From an uncultured Methanosarcinales archaeon (lineage in GTDB: Archaea; Nanobdellota; Nanobdellia; Woesearchaeales; JACPBV01): a DNA stretch of 63,638 bases. The DNA lies in the NCBI GenBank assembly GCA_964618315.1, contig CAZTWQ010000005.1:1-63638 (forward strand), given 5' to 3'. The position numbers and the translations under genes were made by a program. This document shows, piece by piece, positions 43,164 through 51,862 of the stretch (positions are counted from its first letter, which is position 1; the number at the start of each line of letters is the position of its first letter). Below the pieces are notes generated by a model. That model worked only from the letters and a program-made list of their open reading frames with translations, was not told where the DNA came from and did no database searches.

Positions 43164-43174
43164 ATATTTGTATA

Positions 43175-43453
43175 GTCGGGTAAGCTAGGTTGGGAGGTTA
43201 GCGCCCTCCTGTTACTGTAAACACGCTTTAGACAGAACTGAAGCTTAGGGAGAGGTATTAGCTTAGTATATCAGTCTTAATATGGACTATGAGATTCTGT
43301 CCTGTAGGATTGATATCTTAAGGAACTGTGTCAGGCCAGGAATGGAGCAGCACTAACTTCTGATATTGATGCTTATAGGGTAGCGGAATTGAGAAGATAT
43401 TAAGGTCAACTGGTATATTTTGTTTTTATCCATCTTTGGGCATGCTTGCCCAC
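43175..43453 (+). ncRNA. ffs: Archaeal signal recognition particle RNA (7S)
   Basis: Helix 8 GTG-T-CAGG-CCA-GGAA-TGG-AGCA-G-CAC (43328-43353) with GNRA loop and CAGG/AGCA symmetric loop. Helix 6 with CCT-GTAG-G tetraloop (43301-43308). Terminal helix 1 GGGTAAGC (43178-43185) pairs with GCTTGCCC (43444-43451). Length about 280 nt. Confidence 0.93.
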
Positions 43454-43460
43454 TTTATAT

Positions 43461-43664
43461 TTATTTTCTGCTTTTTATATAACAATAGATATCCAGAACA
43501 AGTGTTGTAATTATGAATGCTGAAGCAAGGCCTAATGGACTGATCAAAGTTAATTCTGAAGTAGAGGGGGCAACTGCAAATCCAGTTATTGATGGTTGTT
43601 TGATTAGGATGTTTAATAAGAAAATTCCTGAGATTGTGTTTGTTATGAATAAAGATGTTTTCAT
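43461..43664 (-). CDS. Small two-TM membrane protein with an ITGFAV motif
   Basis: 67 aa; two hydrophobic stretches flanking QPSITGFAV; TATA-like element upstream (43685-43698). Confidence 0.7.
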   Translation of the reverse strand: MKTSLFITNTISGIFLLNILIKQPSITGFAVAPSTSELTLISPLGLASAFIITTLVLDIYCYIKSRK

Positions 43665-43730
43665 ATGTTGTTAATGTGATGAGGTAGTATATATTTTTTA
43701 TGTTTTTTTCTTATCCTATTGTACAATATA

Positions 43731-44636
43731 TTATTCATTAACATAGGTTAACCAATGCTCATACTTATTATTCTTTCCATGAACAACGTCCATGAATATA
43801 TTCTTAAGTTTAGTTGTTATAGGGCCCATCTCCCCATCCCCTATAACAGTATCATCTATCTGTTTTATTGCTGTTACCTCTGCAGCAGTCCCTGAAAAAA
43901 ATACTTCCTGAGCGTTTTTTGCTTCTTCAACTGTTAAATCTTTTTCGATCAATTCAATGCCTTCATCTTTCGCTATTTGAATTATGGATTTTCTTGTAAT
44001 ACCTGGAAGAATTGTACCTAATTTAGGCGTATATATCTTCCCATCAGTTACAATGAAAAAATTCTCACCAGGCCCTTCACTTATCAGACCTTTGTAATCT
44101 AATAATAATGCCTCATCATAGCCTGCTTTTTTGATTTCTAAACTAGCTAAGATTGAATTTGCGTAGTTTCCACATATTTTTGCATCTGGATCTGTAGTTT
44201 TAGGATGTATTCTGATTATGTCTGGGATTTTAACTTTAATTGCTGCTTCACCTAAGTAAGATCCCCAGGGCCATACTGCTATAGCTACATTAATATCTGC
44301 TCCTTCTGGGTTAAGGCCCATTTTTCCATAACCGAAGAATGCAATTGGTCTAATGTAGCCAGAATTGACTTTATTTGCTTTGATTGTTTCTATTGTTGCT
44401 TTGTTGATTTCTTCTTTTGTGAAGGGAATTTTCATCTCAAAAGCTTCTGCTGACCTAAATAACCTATCGGTGTGGTCTTTTAGTCTAAAAATTACTGGTC
44501 CTTTGTCTGTTTCATAGAAGCGTTCGCCTTCAAAAACACCTGCACCATAATGCAATGTATGTGTAAGTACGTGAATCTTAGCTTCTTTCCAAGGCACTAA
44601 TTCGCCATCCATCCAGATAAATTCAGTTTCGTCCAT
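43731..44636 (-). CDS. ilvE: Branched-chain amino acid aminotransferase
   Basis: IWMDGELVPW..A.IHVLTH.LHYG.GVFEG, EGPGENFF, ILPGITR, FFSGTAAEV. The start is moved to ATG 44636 because the GTG at 44645 is part of the AGGTGA SD site. Confidence 0.95.
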   Translation of the reverse strand: MDETEFIWMDGELVPWKEAKIHVLTHTLHYGAGVFEGERFYETDKGPVIFRLKDHTDRLFRSAEAFEMKIPFTKEEINKATIETIKANKVNSGYIRPIAFFGYGKMGLNPEGADINVAIAVWPWGSYLGEAAIKVKIPDIIRIHPKTTDPDAKICGNYANSILASLEIKKAGYDEALLLDYKGLISEGPGENFFIVTDGKIYTPKLGTILPGITRKSIIQIAKDEGIELIEKDLTVEEAKNAQEVFFSGTAAEVTAIKQIDDTVIGDGEMGPITTKLKNIFMDVVHGKNNKYEHWLTYVNE

Positions 44637-44706
44637 AAAAATCACCTAGTAAATAAGTATTTGAATTTGATTTAAAAAAGTTTTGTTAGGGGGGAGGGTT
44701 ATAAAA

Positions 44707-46938
44707 TTAACTTGAGTAATGTGAAACAACCAAATCGGCCATGGCATTCCTGGTCCTTCTAAATTCCCTAGTCAATTTGCTTTCAGAAATGCTTGTAGCC
44801 TGAGAAAGAGACCTTATCCCCCTATCAGAAATATCATAATCCCACAGATTTATTGCTTGTTCCCATCTTGATCTTTCAGGCTCACTAAGTCCTGCTTGGG
44901 AGTATATAGTTTGCTTATTTAAGGATATAATTTGATTATCTGACAGCCCACCAAAATCATTTGTATCGTATCTTTGAGTAAGAAGCAATGCAAGAAATTT
45001 TCTATTATCCCTATATTCTGAAAATTGCCCGTTTAAACCTGTTTGCACTAAAAGATGTTCTTCAACATATGCCCTGTTTGCATTAGAAACACGCCCTTCA
45101 AATTGATTTCTTAATGCACCTATGAGCTTATGACGGCTAGCCATTGAATGAGTCAGCACAAGAGCGCCCTCTTTTCCTAAGACATAACCTATGTTCTCAA
45201 AAGCAGCTATCCTACCTTCATCATCACTAAAAACATTCCAATCTGATACAAACCTTCTGCTACCAAAATAATCTGGAAATGCAAAGTTAATCATTGCGCC
45301 AAGCGAATAATCAAATTTAGGCAAAAATCCGTGCAACCTGATCATACCTTCATGAGATATAGTTGATGGAAGATCATCAAAATCCCACTTATTTTCCCTA
45401 CATATCTCTTTAATAACTATTTGAAGTCTCAATCTAAAATATCTATCATTTATATTTGAAAGATTTCTATTATGATACGACCGTAATGTTTGCCTTCTCA
45501 ATTCTGAAGGGTCTGCGCCATCTTCAAACACGGAACCATATCGCTTTAACGCAGCAATCCTTATTTTATCGGTCATATGAGCGAGTTCACCATTTACAAA
45601 ATCAGGACTAATTGGTTTTTCATAAGAAATTGCTTTTGATATTTTTTTTACACTATCACCTTTAAGCCACATAGCATATACTTCGCTTTGTCTTTCTGTA
45701 AATCCTGCAGCTGCAACAATATCATCAAGTTTAGATATGTGGTCTCTAGCTAGCCCTGCAGCAGTATCGTACTCACCACCCAATATACCACTATAATTAT
45801 CAGTTATATCTGCTAACAATAAATATTTTTGTCTGTCAACAATATCATCTAGTCCTAATACTTTTGTTTGTAGACACTTATTTGCATCATCTGTTCCCTT
45901 AAATGTAGTAGATAACATCCTTTGAATAAAATGGAGATCATAGTTATGGTTACGGGTCTTTACAATATAATTTTGATTCAATACCATAAATTCCAGTGCA
46001 TCTTTTGCTCTTCTTTTATTATTTCCAGAATTCCAGGCAACACACCCCCTAAAGTCCCATATAGGTATCATTTCATCCGGACCAATAAGGCGGTTTATAA
46101 TATATGGTTTAGCCCTTGATTGGGTTGCTCTTGGATGTAAAGAATACTGCATTAAAAATGACCCAGGTATATTTGCAGGAGAATGGCCTGTTTCCTGTAA
46201 TAAACGAGAGAATACTGCTTGTTGGACAGCTAGTCTTTGTGGACCATTAAGTCCATGATATTTCGGAGTATTTTTTCCAGAATTATCTGAAAAATATGTG
46301 GATTCTCCAGGTGCAACAACTCTTAAGAAAGCCCTTGATTTTAGTAATGCTGATTCTTGACGATTACTTACTGTCTGAATTGCAGTACCGTGCCTATCAG
46401 CAATTGTTTTGAGTACTTCCCTGCTAGAATATCCATCTAATCCAAATCTTGCCCTTAATATCTCTTGCTCCATCTCATCAAGAACTTCAGAAAACAATCT
46501 AATCATCAAAGGACCGTCTTGTTGAACTAAAATATCAAATGAATCTTCCGAAGATGAAGGGATAATGTCGTGAAAAGTAGTTCGATTATGGCCCTGTTGA
46601 TCAGATCTAACAAGATCATCAAAGTATATAAATCCATTTTCAGGCATTCTACTTTCTCTAGTTCTTTTTTTATGCCTATCAAGGGCACTATATCTTACCC
46701 CCCACATTATATGGCTGGGTAATGATCTGCCTTTTTTTGGATTCCAATCTAACATGGCAGCCCATGCATCTATATCTGCTAATTGTCGTTCATCTTCATC
46801 CCCCCTCGACATAACAGGAAGAGACGAGACTATAAGTTTTTCAGAATGAGCATATAATGCATTATGTGCTGAAGAATCTCCTGATTTAGCTTGCGCTATA
46901 AGTTCAAGCTGTTCTTGTGTACTTAAGTCAGTTAACAT
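44707..46938 (-). CDS. Sigma-70-like protein (degenerate regions 1.2/2, 3.2 linker and 4) fused to a second HTH and DUF4046-like repeats
   Basis: ELIAQAKSGD..A.NAL; WNPKKGRSLPSHIMWGVR (cf. FDPxKGxxFxTYAxWWIR); LDEMEQEILRARFGLDG....LKTIADRHGTAIQTV...QESALLK (cf. sigma region 4); FTERQSEVYAMWLKGDSVKKIS. Confidence 0.6.
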   Translation of the reverse strand: MLTDLSTQEQLELIAQAKSGDSSAHNALYAHSEKLIVSSLPVMSRGDEDERQLADIDAWAAMLDWNPKKGRSLPSHIMWGVRYSALDRHKKRTRESRMPENGFIYFDDLVRSDQQGHNRTTFHDIIPSSSEDSFDILVQQDGPLMIRLFSEVLDEMEQEILRARFGLDGYSSREVLKTIADRHGTAIQTVSNRQESALLKSRAFLRVVAPGESTYFSDNSGKNTPKYHGLNGPQRLAVQQAVFSRLLQETGHSPANIPGSFLMQYSLHPRATQSRAKPYIINRLIGPDEMIPIWDFRGCVAWNSGNNKRRAKDALEFMVLNQNYIVKTRNHNYDLHFIQRMLSTTFKGTDDANKCLQTKVLGLDDIVDRQKYLLLADITDNYSGILGGEYDTAAGLARDHISKLDDIVAAAGFTERQSEVYAMWLKGDSVKKISKAISYEKPISPDFVNGELAHMTDKIRIAALKRYGSVFEDGADPSELRRQTLRSYHNRNLSNINDRYFRLRLQIVIKEICRENKWDFDDLPSTISHEGMIRLHGFLPKFDYSLGAMINFAFPDYFGSRRFVSDWNVFSDDEGRIAAFENIGYVLGKEGALVLTHSMASRHKLIGALRNQFEGRVSNANRAYVEEHLLVQTGLNGQFSEYRDNRKFLALLLTQRYDTNDFGGLSDNQIISLNKQTIYSQAGLSEPERSRWEQAINLWDYDISDRGIRSLSQATSISESKLTREFRRTRNAMADLVVSHYSS

Positions 46939-46985
46939 ATTATAACTACTATAAAGTTAATAAATCATTTAAAAATCTTTTGGAA

Positions 46986-47852
46986 TTAAGCTAAAAACCA
47001 AAGAATCAAAGGAATGGTGATAAGAGAGAATAAGGTACTTAATAGAACAATAGAAGCGACTAAATCTGAGTCTCTTTTGTATTTATGGGCTAGAATCATG
47101 GTAAATACTGCAGAGGGCATCGCTGCCTGAAGGATTAGTATGTTTTTTGGGATGCCTGTTAATGAGAAGATTGCAACTAATGCTATTGCTATGATTAGAC
47201 CTATGCCCATCTTAAATAGTGCTGCTAAAAGTGCTTTATTTAGTGATCTTAATCTGATTTCTGTTAGCCTATATCCTAGAATTATTAGTGCTAATGGGAT
47301 TGTGATCTGACCAATCATATCTATGGGTGTTAAGAGTGCAATAGGTAGTTTGTAGTTTATGGTGTTAAGGAATAATGCAATAATGACTGCGTATATTAAC
47401 GGTACTTTGAACATTTCTTTGAAGTTGTTTTTTTTATTTGCTAAATATATCCCTAAGCTCATCATGATTATTGTTTCGATTGAGCTGTATATGACTGCGT
47501 AAGATAATCCTACTGTGCCAAAAGCCAATAATGCAATAGGATAACCTAAATAACCAGTATTTCCAAATATCATTGGGAGTTGGATTCCTTTTTGTTTTGT
47601 TTTTGATAGTTTTATTATCAAAGTTGAGATCAATGCTAATGATAAGACTATGATTAATGTGTAAAATATCATAGGTAGGAATTCTGTTATCCTTATGTCT
47701 GTTTTTTGTAAAGCTGATATAATCAAAGAAGGTGCTGTGATGTATACTAAGATGAATATGAATGGGTCTAGGTTTAGTTTTTTTATTTTTCCTAAGAAAG
47801 CTCCAACTGCTATTATTAGGAATACTGGTAGAACTACTTGTAGGATGTTCAT
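46986..47852 (-). CDS. AEC family (auxin efflux carrier/malate permease-like) transporter
   Basis: 288 aa, about 10 TM segments; FGNTGYLGYPIA...FG, AAMPSAV, DxxLVASIVLLST motifs. Confidence 0.9.
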   Translation of the reverse strand: MNILQVVLPVFLIIAVGAFLGKIKKLNLDPFIFILVYITAPSLIISALQKTDIRITEFLPMIFYTLIIVLSLALISTLIIKLSKTKQKGIQLPMIFGNTGYLGYPIALLAFGTVGLSYAVIYSSIETIIMMSLGIYLANKKNNFKEMFKVPLIYAVIIALFLNTINYKLPIALLTPIDMIGQITIPLALIILGYRLTEIRLRSLNKALLAALFKMGIGLIIAIALVAIFSLTGIPKNILILQAAMPSAVFTMILAHKYKRDSDLVASIVLLSTLFSLITIPLILWFLA

Positions 47853-47888
47853 AAAAATAAAAGAAAAAAGGATTTATTTAAAGGTTTT

Positions 47889-47907
47889 TAAAAAAAAGAA
47901 AAAAGAA
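47889..47907 (-). terminator. Oligo-U archaeal-type terminator after the TIM-barrel gene
   Basis: TTTCTTTTTTCTTTTTTTT on the minus strand, directly after the stop codon. Confidence 0.45.
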
Positions 47908-47908
47908 A

Positions 47909-48841
47909 TTAACTATTCTCTACCAAATCGTTTAGATGTGTCAAGCTTATAACAGCATTCCTCATAGGGTCTGCCAAACCTATACCATCAGGATCAGGTA
48001 TTAAATTATTATTCTTGTCTCTTCCATGGAAATCTTGTTCGTAAGATACACCCCTTACCTTAGGGTCAGCTTTTGCTGCTTCAACTACCTCAGGATTAAC
48101 ATCCTTAAGATCTCCTTGGCCTAGTGGCATAAATGACTTCTCTAAACCCCACCCTTCTCCGCTAAACTTAATGTCTTTAGCATGTATCCCAATTACACGT
48201 CCTGGAAAATCTATTAAAAATTGAGCAGGATCATATCCTCCTGCTAATGCCCAAGCAGTATCTAATTGTACAAACAAATATTCCCCGTCTAAATCCCCTG
48301 GTTTAGATAGATTTAGCATGTATGTGATAAATGGTTTACCATCAACCTGAAGATAGAATTCTGGGTGGTGGTTATGGAGACTAAAATCCATTCCGTCTGC
48401 TCTTAATTTCCGCCCTATTGTTATCAAACGATCAACATATGCTCTAGCTACGCTTGTATTAACTTGTTGTTTTCCTTCAATACCACCTAAATCATTAACT
48501 GGGTCTGCCCATGCATTAACAGCATGTGTTGCTCCAATTTCGTTCATCCAACTAGTCAATTGCTGGTATTTTGTGCCATCTTCAAGTTCTGCTAAACTAG
48601 TATGTACTGCAACTACGTCATGTGGAGTATTCATTTTACTTGATAAATTTCTGCCTCCATGTCCATCATAAGGCCCAAATCCATTTGGCATTAATCCTGT
48701 ACAAAGTTCAACCCCTTCACAAAGCCTGTCAAGTCCACCTAACAATGCCAAAAAACCAGCTTGGTCTGCCTCTGGACTTCCAAGCTTTGCATACATACTC
48801 CTTTGTGAATATGTTTGATTTCCTACACTTAAATTTTGCAT
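47909..48841 (-). CDS. Sugar phosphate isomerase/epimerase (xylose isomerase-like TIM barrel)
   Basis: GNQTYSQR, SLHNHHPEF, QLDTAWALAGG.DP, IHAKD and YEQD metal-site motifs; ATG 48841 preferred, downstream of the GGGGG SD. Confidence 0.8.
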   Translation of the reverse strand: MQNLSVGNQTYSQRSMYAKLGSPEADQAGFLALLGGLDRLCEGVELCTGLMPNGFGPYDGHGGRNLSSKMNTPHDVVAVHTSLAELEDGTKYQQLTSWMNEIGATHAVNAWADPVNDLGGIEGKQQVNTSVARAYVDRLITIGRKLRADGMDFSLHNHHPEFYLQVDGKPFITYMLNLSKPGDLDGEYLFVQLDTAWALAGGYDPAQFLIDFPGRVIGIHAKDIKFSGEGWGLEKSFMPLGQGDLKDVNPEVVEAAKADPKVRGVSYEQDFHGRDKNNNLIPDPDGIGLADPMRNAVISLTHLNDLVENS

Positions 48842-48959
48842 AATTATCAACCCCCTAAGTTGTTAATAGTTAAAATTGATGGAAGATATATAAAACTTTT
48901 TAAAATATCGACGATAAATTTATCTAAATTAGGTGGTAAAAAAGAAGAGAAAAAATAAA

Positions 48960-50603
48960 TTATTTACAATAACAATTCTTTCCAACGAATTTCTGCCGGT
49001 AAGATTCTAAGAAAGGTGTCATTTTTCTAACTGGGCAGATCTTTTTCTTTAGTCTTTCTTTGATTTCTTTATCTGTCAGTTTTACGTTGAGTTTTCTTTG
49101 TGGAATGTCTATTTCTATAATATCTCCATCCCTGATTGCTCCGATTGCTCCACCATTGTATGCTTCCATCTCTATATGGCCTATGCATGGGCCTGATGTG
49201 CCTCCTGAGAATCTTCCATCTGTTATGAGTGCTACTTTTTTGTAGCCTGCGCCTTTGATTGCATCTGTTGGAGTTAACATCTCAGGCATTCCTGGTGCTC
49301 CTGCTGGTCCCATGAAGTTTAATACAACTACATCGCCTTCGTCAATATTCTTTTTTTCTATTGCAACTAATAAGTCTTTTTCTGAAGTAAATACTTTTGC
49401 TGGTCCTTCATGTTGCATCATATCTTCTTCAACTGCTGTTTGTTTTATTACTGAAGAAGAAGCTATGTTGCCTTTTAAGACTGCTATTCCCCCTTGTTTA
49501 AAGTAAGGATTATCTAATGGTCTTATTACATCGTCGTCTAAAACTTTTCCTTGTTCTGCTATCTCTTTGATTTTAGTTCCATTTACTGTTGGGGCATTGT
49601 TTAACATATCCTTTAGTCTATTAAGGACTGCAGGTATTCCCCCTGCTTTGTGTAAATCTGCCATTTCATAATCTCCAGCAGGTATTAATTTGCAAATGTT
49701 TGGTGTTTTTTTTGCAATTTCGTCAAATTTATCAACTGCTATATCAATACCTAGCTCCCCTGCTATTGCTGGAATATGTAATACTGCATTTGTTGAGCCA
49801 CCCATTGTCATGTCCATCCTTATTCCGTTTTCAATTGCACCTGTTGTCATTATTTGGGATGGCTTTAGGTTTTCTTTAACAAGTTCAACTATTCTTTTTC
49901 CTGTTTCATAGGCTTGTTTCTTTTTTTCTGGATCAGTTGCAGGAGTTGTTGCACATTTTGTAATTGACATTCCAACTGCTTCTGTAAAGCATGCCATTGT
50001 GTTTGCTGTGAATAGGCCTACGCATGAACCTGCACCACAAGTCATGCATGATCTCATCTTTAATTCTGCTTCTTCTTCTGTTATTTTTCCAGCTTTAACT
50101 TCGCCAGTCAGACCAAAGCCCTGAATAGGATGACCTTTGTTTCCATCTTTATCAATGTTGGAAACCATCGGTCCGCCTGTTAGAATCATCGAAGGAATAT
50201 CTAATCTTCCTGATGCCATAAGCATACCTGGCGTTATCTTATCACAATTAGTTACGCCAACCCACCCATCTAAGCTATGGGATAACATCATTATCTCTAT
50301 ATTATCTGCAATGTTTTCTCTTGATGGTAAGCTGTACCTCATCTCATAAAACATCCCAATGCCATCGCAAATTGCAGGTACACCCCAAGTAAAAGGAACC
50401 CCTCCTGCATCTTTAATTCCCCTCATTACTTCTTTGGTAAGCTCATTTAAATGGATATGGCCAGGTACAAGATTATTATATGAATTAGCTACCCCAATCC
50501 AAGGTTTGCCTATCTTAAAATCATTTTCTTTTAATCCTGTCGACATTAGAAGTGCTCTATGTGGCAGACTTTCTGGACCTTTTTTAATTCTATCGCTTAT
50601 CAT
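48960..50603 (-). CDS. ilvD: Dihydroxy-acid dehydratase
   Basis: CDG, CDK..PG.LMA, GAGSC.G.FTANTM, GGSTNAVLH.PAIA, GP.GAPGMPEML, ALITDGRFSGGT.G..IGH; ATG 50603 follows the AGGTGA SD. Confidence 0.96.
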   Translation of the reverse strand: MISDRIKKGPESLPHRALLMSTGLKENDFKIGKPWIGVANSYNNLVPGHIHLNELTKEVMRGIKDAGGVPFTWGVPAICDGIGMFYEMRYSLPSRENIADNIEIMMLSHSLDGWVGVTNCDKITPGMLMASGRLDIPSMILTGGPMVSNIDKDGNKGHPIQGFGLTGEVKAGKITEEEAELKMRSCMTCGAGSCVGLFTANTMACFTEAVGMSITKCATTPATDPEKKKQAYETGKRIVELVKENLKPSQIMTTGAIENGIRMDMTMGGSTNAVLHIPAIAGELGIDIAVDKFDEIAKKTPNICKLIPAGDYEMADLHKAGGIPAVLNRLKDMLNNAPTVNGTKIKEIAEQGKVLDDDVIRPLDNPYFKQGGIAVLKGNIASSSVIKQTAVEEDMMQHEGPAKVFTSEKDLLVAIEKKNIDEGDVVVLNFMGPAGAPGMPEMLTPTDAIKGAGYKKVALITDGRFSGGTSGPCIGHIEMEAYNGGAIGAIRDGDIIEIDIPQRKLNVKLTDKEIKERLKKKICPVRKMTPFLESYRQKFVGKNCYCK

Positions 50604-50608
50604 ATTAA

Positions 50609-51862
50609 TCACCTACTTTTAGGAACTTTCCATCCCTTGATATTATTATTTAATTTAAAGACTTTAAATGGTTTTTCTTTGACCATCCTTAATATCTTAT
50701 TATTAGATAGTATTTTGATATAATATTTAAGTGTTGTGTCAGAAATATGGATATTTTTATCCTTTAACAACAACAATGCGTCTTGATAAGAAAATGGTTC
50801 TCTATTGTCTGATATTCTCAAGATATCTGAGAAAGTGACTAATGTAAGATGGGTTATTGGATAAGCTAAATCAAAAGCGTTTTTAGCTTCTTTTAGATTT
50901 TTAGCACTACCCTCAAAACCATGAACTAATTCATACAATCTTTGATATTTTCTCGAATTTTTATCAAAATATCCTAATAATTTAGGCTCAAAATTACTAA
51001 ATTGAAGCGTATATCTCCCTTTTTTATCGGGTTTATTATTAAAAGAAATCAAAATATTTTCATCTTTTAATATGTCATATAAGTCAAGAATTAAATTCTT
51101 ACTTTTAGATTGAATCATCGCCTTCCCCCTAATATCGACTGATCCATCAAAAGTTAAAACTCCTAAAGCGAAAGCTTTTCTAAATTCTAAATTAGAGTTT
51201 TTTATGATTTCTGGTTCTTTTACAATGTTAGTTTTCTTGCCAATTGGAAAGCCCAAAAAATTTTTTAGATATCTGCCAAGGATTTTGCTTTTGAAACAAA
51301 AAGTATATGCATTACTTTTCTTATGAAGTTTAGCTTTTATTTTATAACCGAAAACATCTTCTAACCATTTTGTAAATTCGATAACAGATAGTTTATCACT
51401 ATCAATCAATTGATAGTTATATTCGCCCCACAAAGAGCCATCTGCTGCATGTGCCCCAGCTATTTTACAAAGGATTAAATTTAATTCTTTCACAGCTTTA
51501 ATTGGTTTTGAATCATGTCTGGAAATAGATAAAATATCAACTTCATCCTGTATTTTTTGTTTAATTTCTAGATTATTCTTAAATTGCTTAGAAAGTGCTT
51601 CTAAGAATACTAATGGAAACCTCTGGTTTTTAGACCAAAAATAGTCTAAAATTGTTTGAATAGATAATCTTGGAATTAATTCTTTAATTTGCTTTGCAGC
51701 ATTATTAGTTCCATAATTATCTGTTAATTCTTTGATTAAGGAATATACATAAGGGGCTAAATATTTTCCAGAAGCTCTAATCCAGCCCCATCTTGGATCT
51801 TTATCTTCTTCAGGAACGTGTAATTTGAATAAATCAAATTTTTGTATTTTTTTATTAGACAT
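50609..51862 (-). CDS. Free-standing double-motif LAGLIDADG-family endonuclease-like protein with a C-terminal winged helix
   Basis: LCKIAGAHAADGS and KAFALGVLTFDGSV motifs; SK.LGRYLKNFLGFP.GKKT..V.EP.II; no intein splice residues. Confidence 0.7.
   Translation of the reverse strand: MSNKKIQKFDLFKLHVPEEDKDPRWGWIRASGKYLAPYVYSLIKELTDNYGTNNAAKQIKELIPRLSIQTILDYFWSKNQRFPLVFLEALSKQFKNNLEIKQKIQDEVDILSISRHDSKPIKAVKELNLILCKIAGAHAADGSLWGEYNYQLIDSDKLSVIEFTKWLEDVFGYKIKAKLHKKSNAYTFCFKSKILGRYLKNFLGFPIGKKTNIVKEPEIIKNSNLEFRKAFALGVLTFDGSVDIRGKAMIQSKSKNLILDLYDILKDENILISFNNKPDKKGRYTLQFSNFEPKLLGYFDKNSRKYQRLYELVHGFEGSAKNLKEAKNAFDLAYPITHLTLVTFSDILRISDNREPFSYQDALLLLKDKNIHISDTTLKYYIKILSNNKILRMVKEKPFKVFKLNNNIKGWKVPKSR

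Noticed and set aside
53-42985. Dozens of 60-145 aa ORFs antisense or off-frame within the giant gene
   Set aside because: Shadow ORFs produced by biased codon use and repeats; no recognisable motifs or ribosome-binding sites.
43164-43460. tRNA or RNase P RNA in the GC-richer intergenic gap
   Set aside because: No cloverleaf or RNase P conserved regions; the SRP helices 1, 6 and 8 account for the whole segment.
43717-43728. Palindrome TATTGTACAATA, sharing half-sites with the TrmB-region palindrome
   Set aside because: Different spacing (0 vs 7 nt), and such a palindrome is likely by chance in AT-rich DNA.
50609-51862. Intein or group I intron
   Set aside because: No N-terminal Cys/Ser or C-terminal His-Asn splice motifs; it has its own start and stop, and the flanking ilvD is intact.
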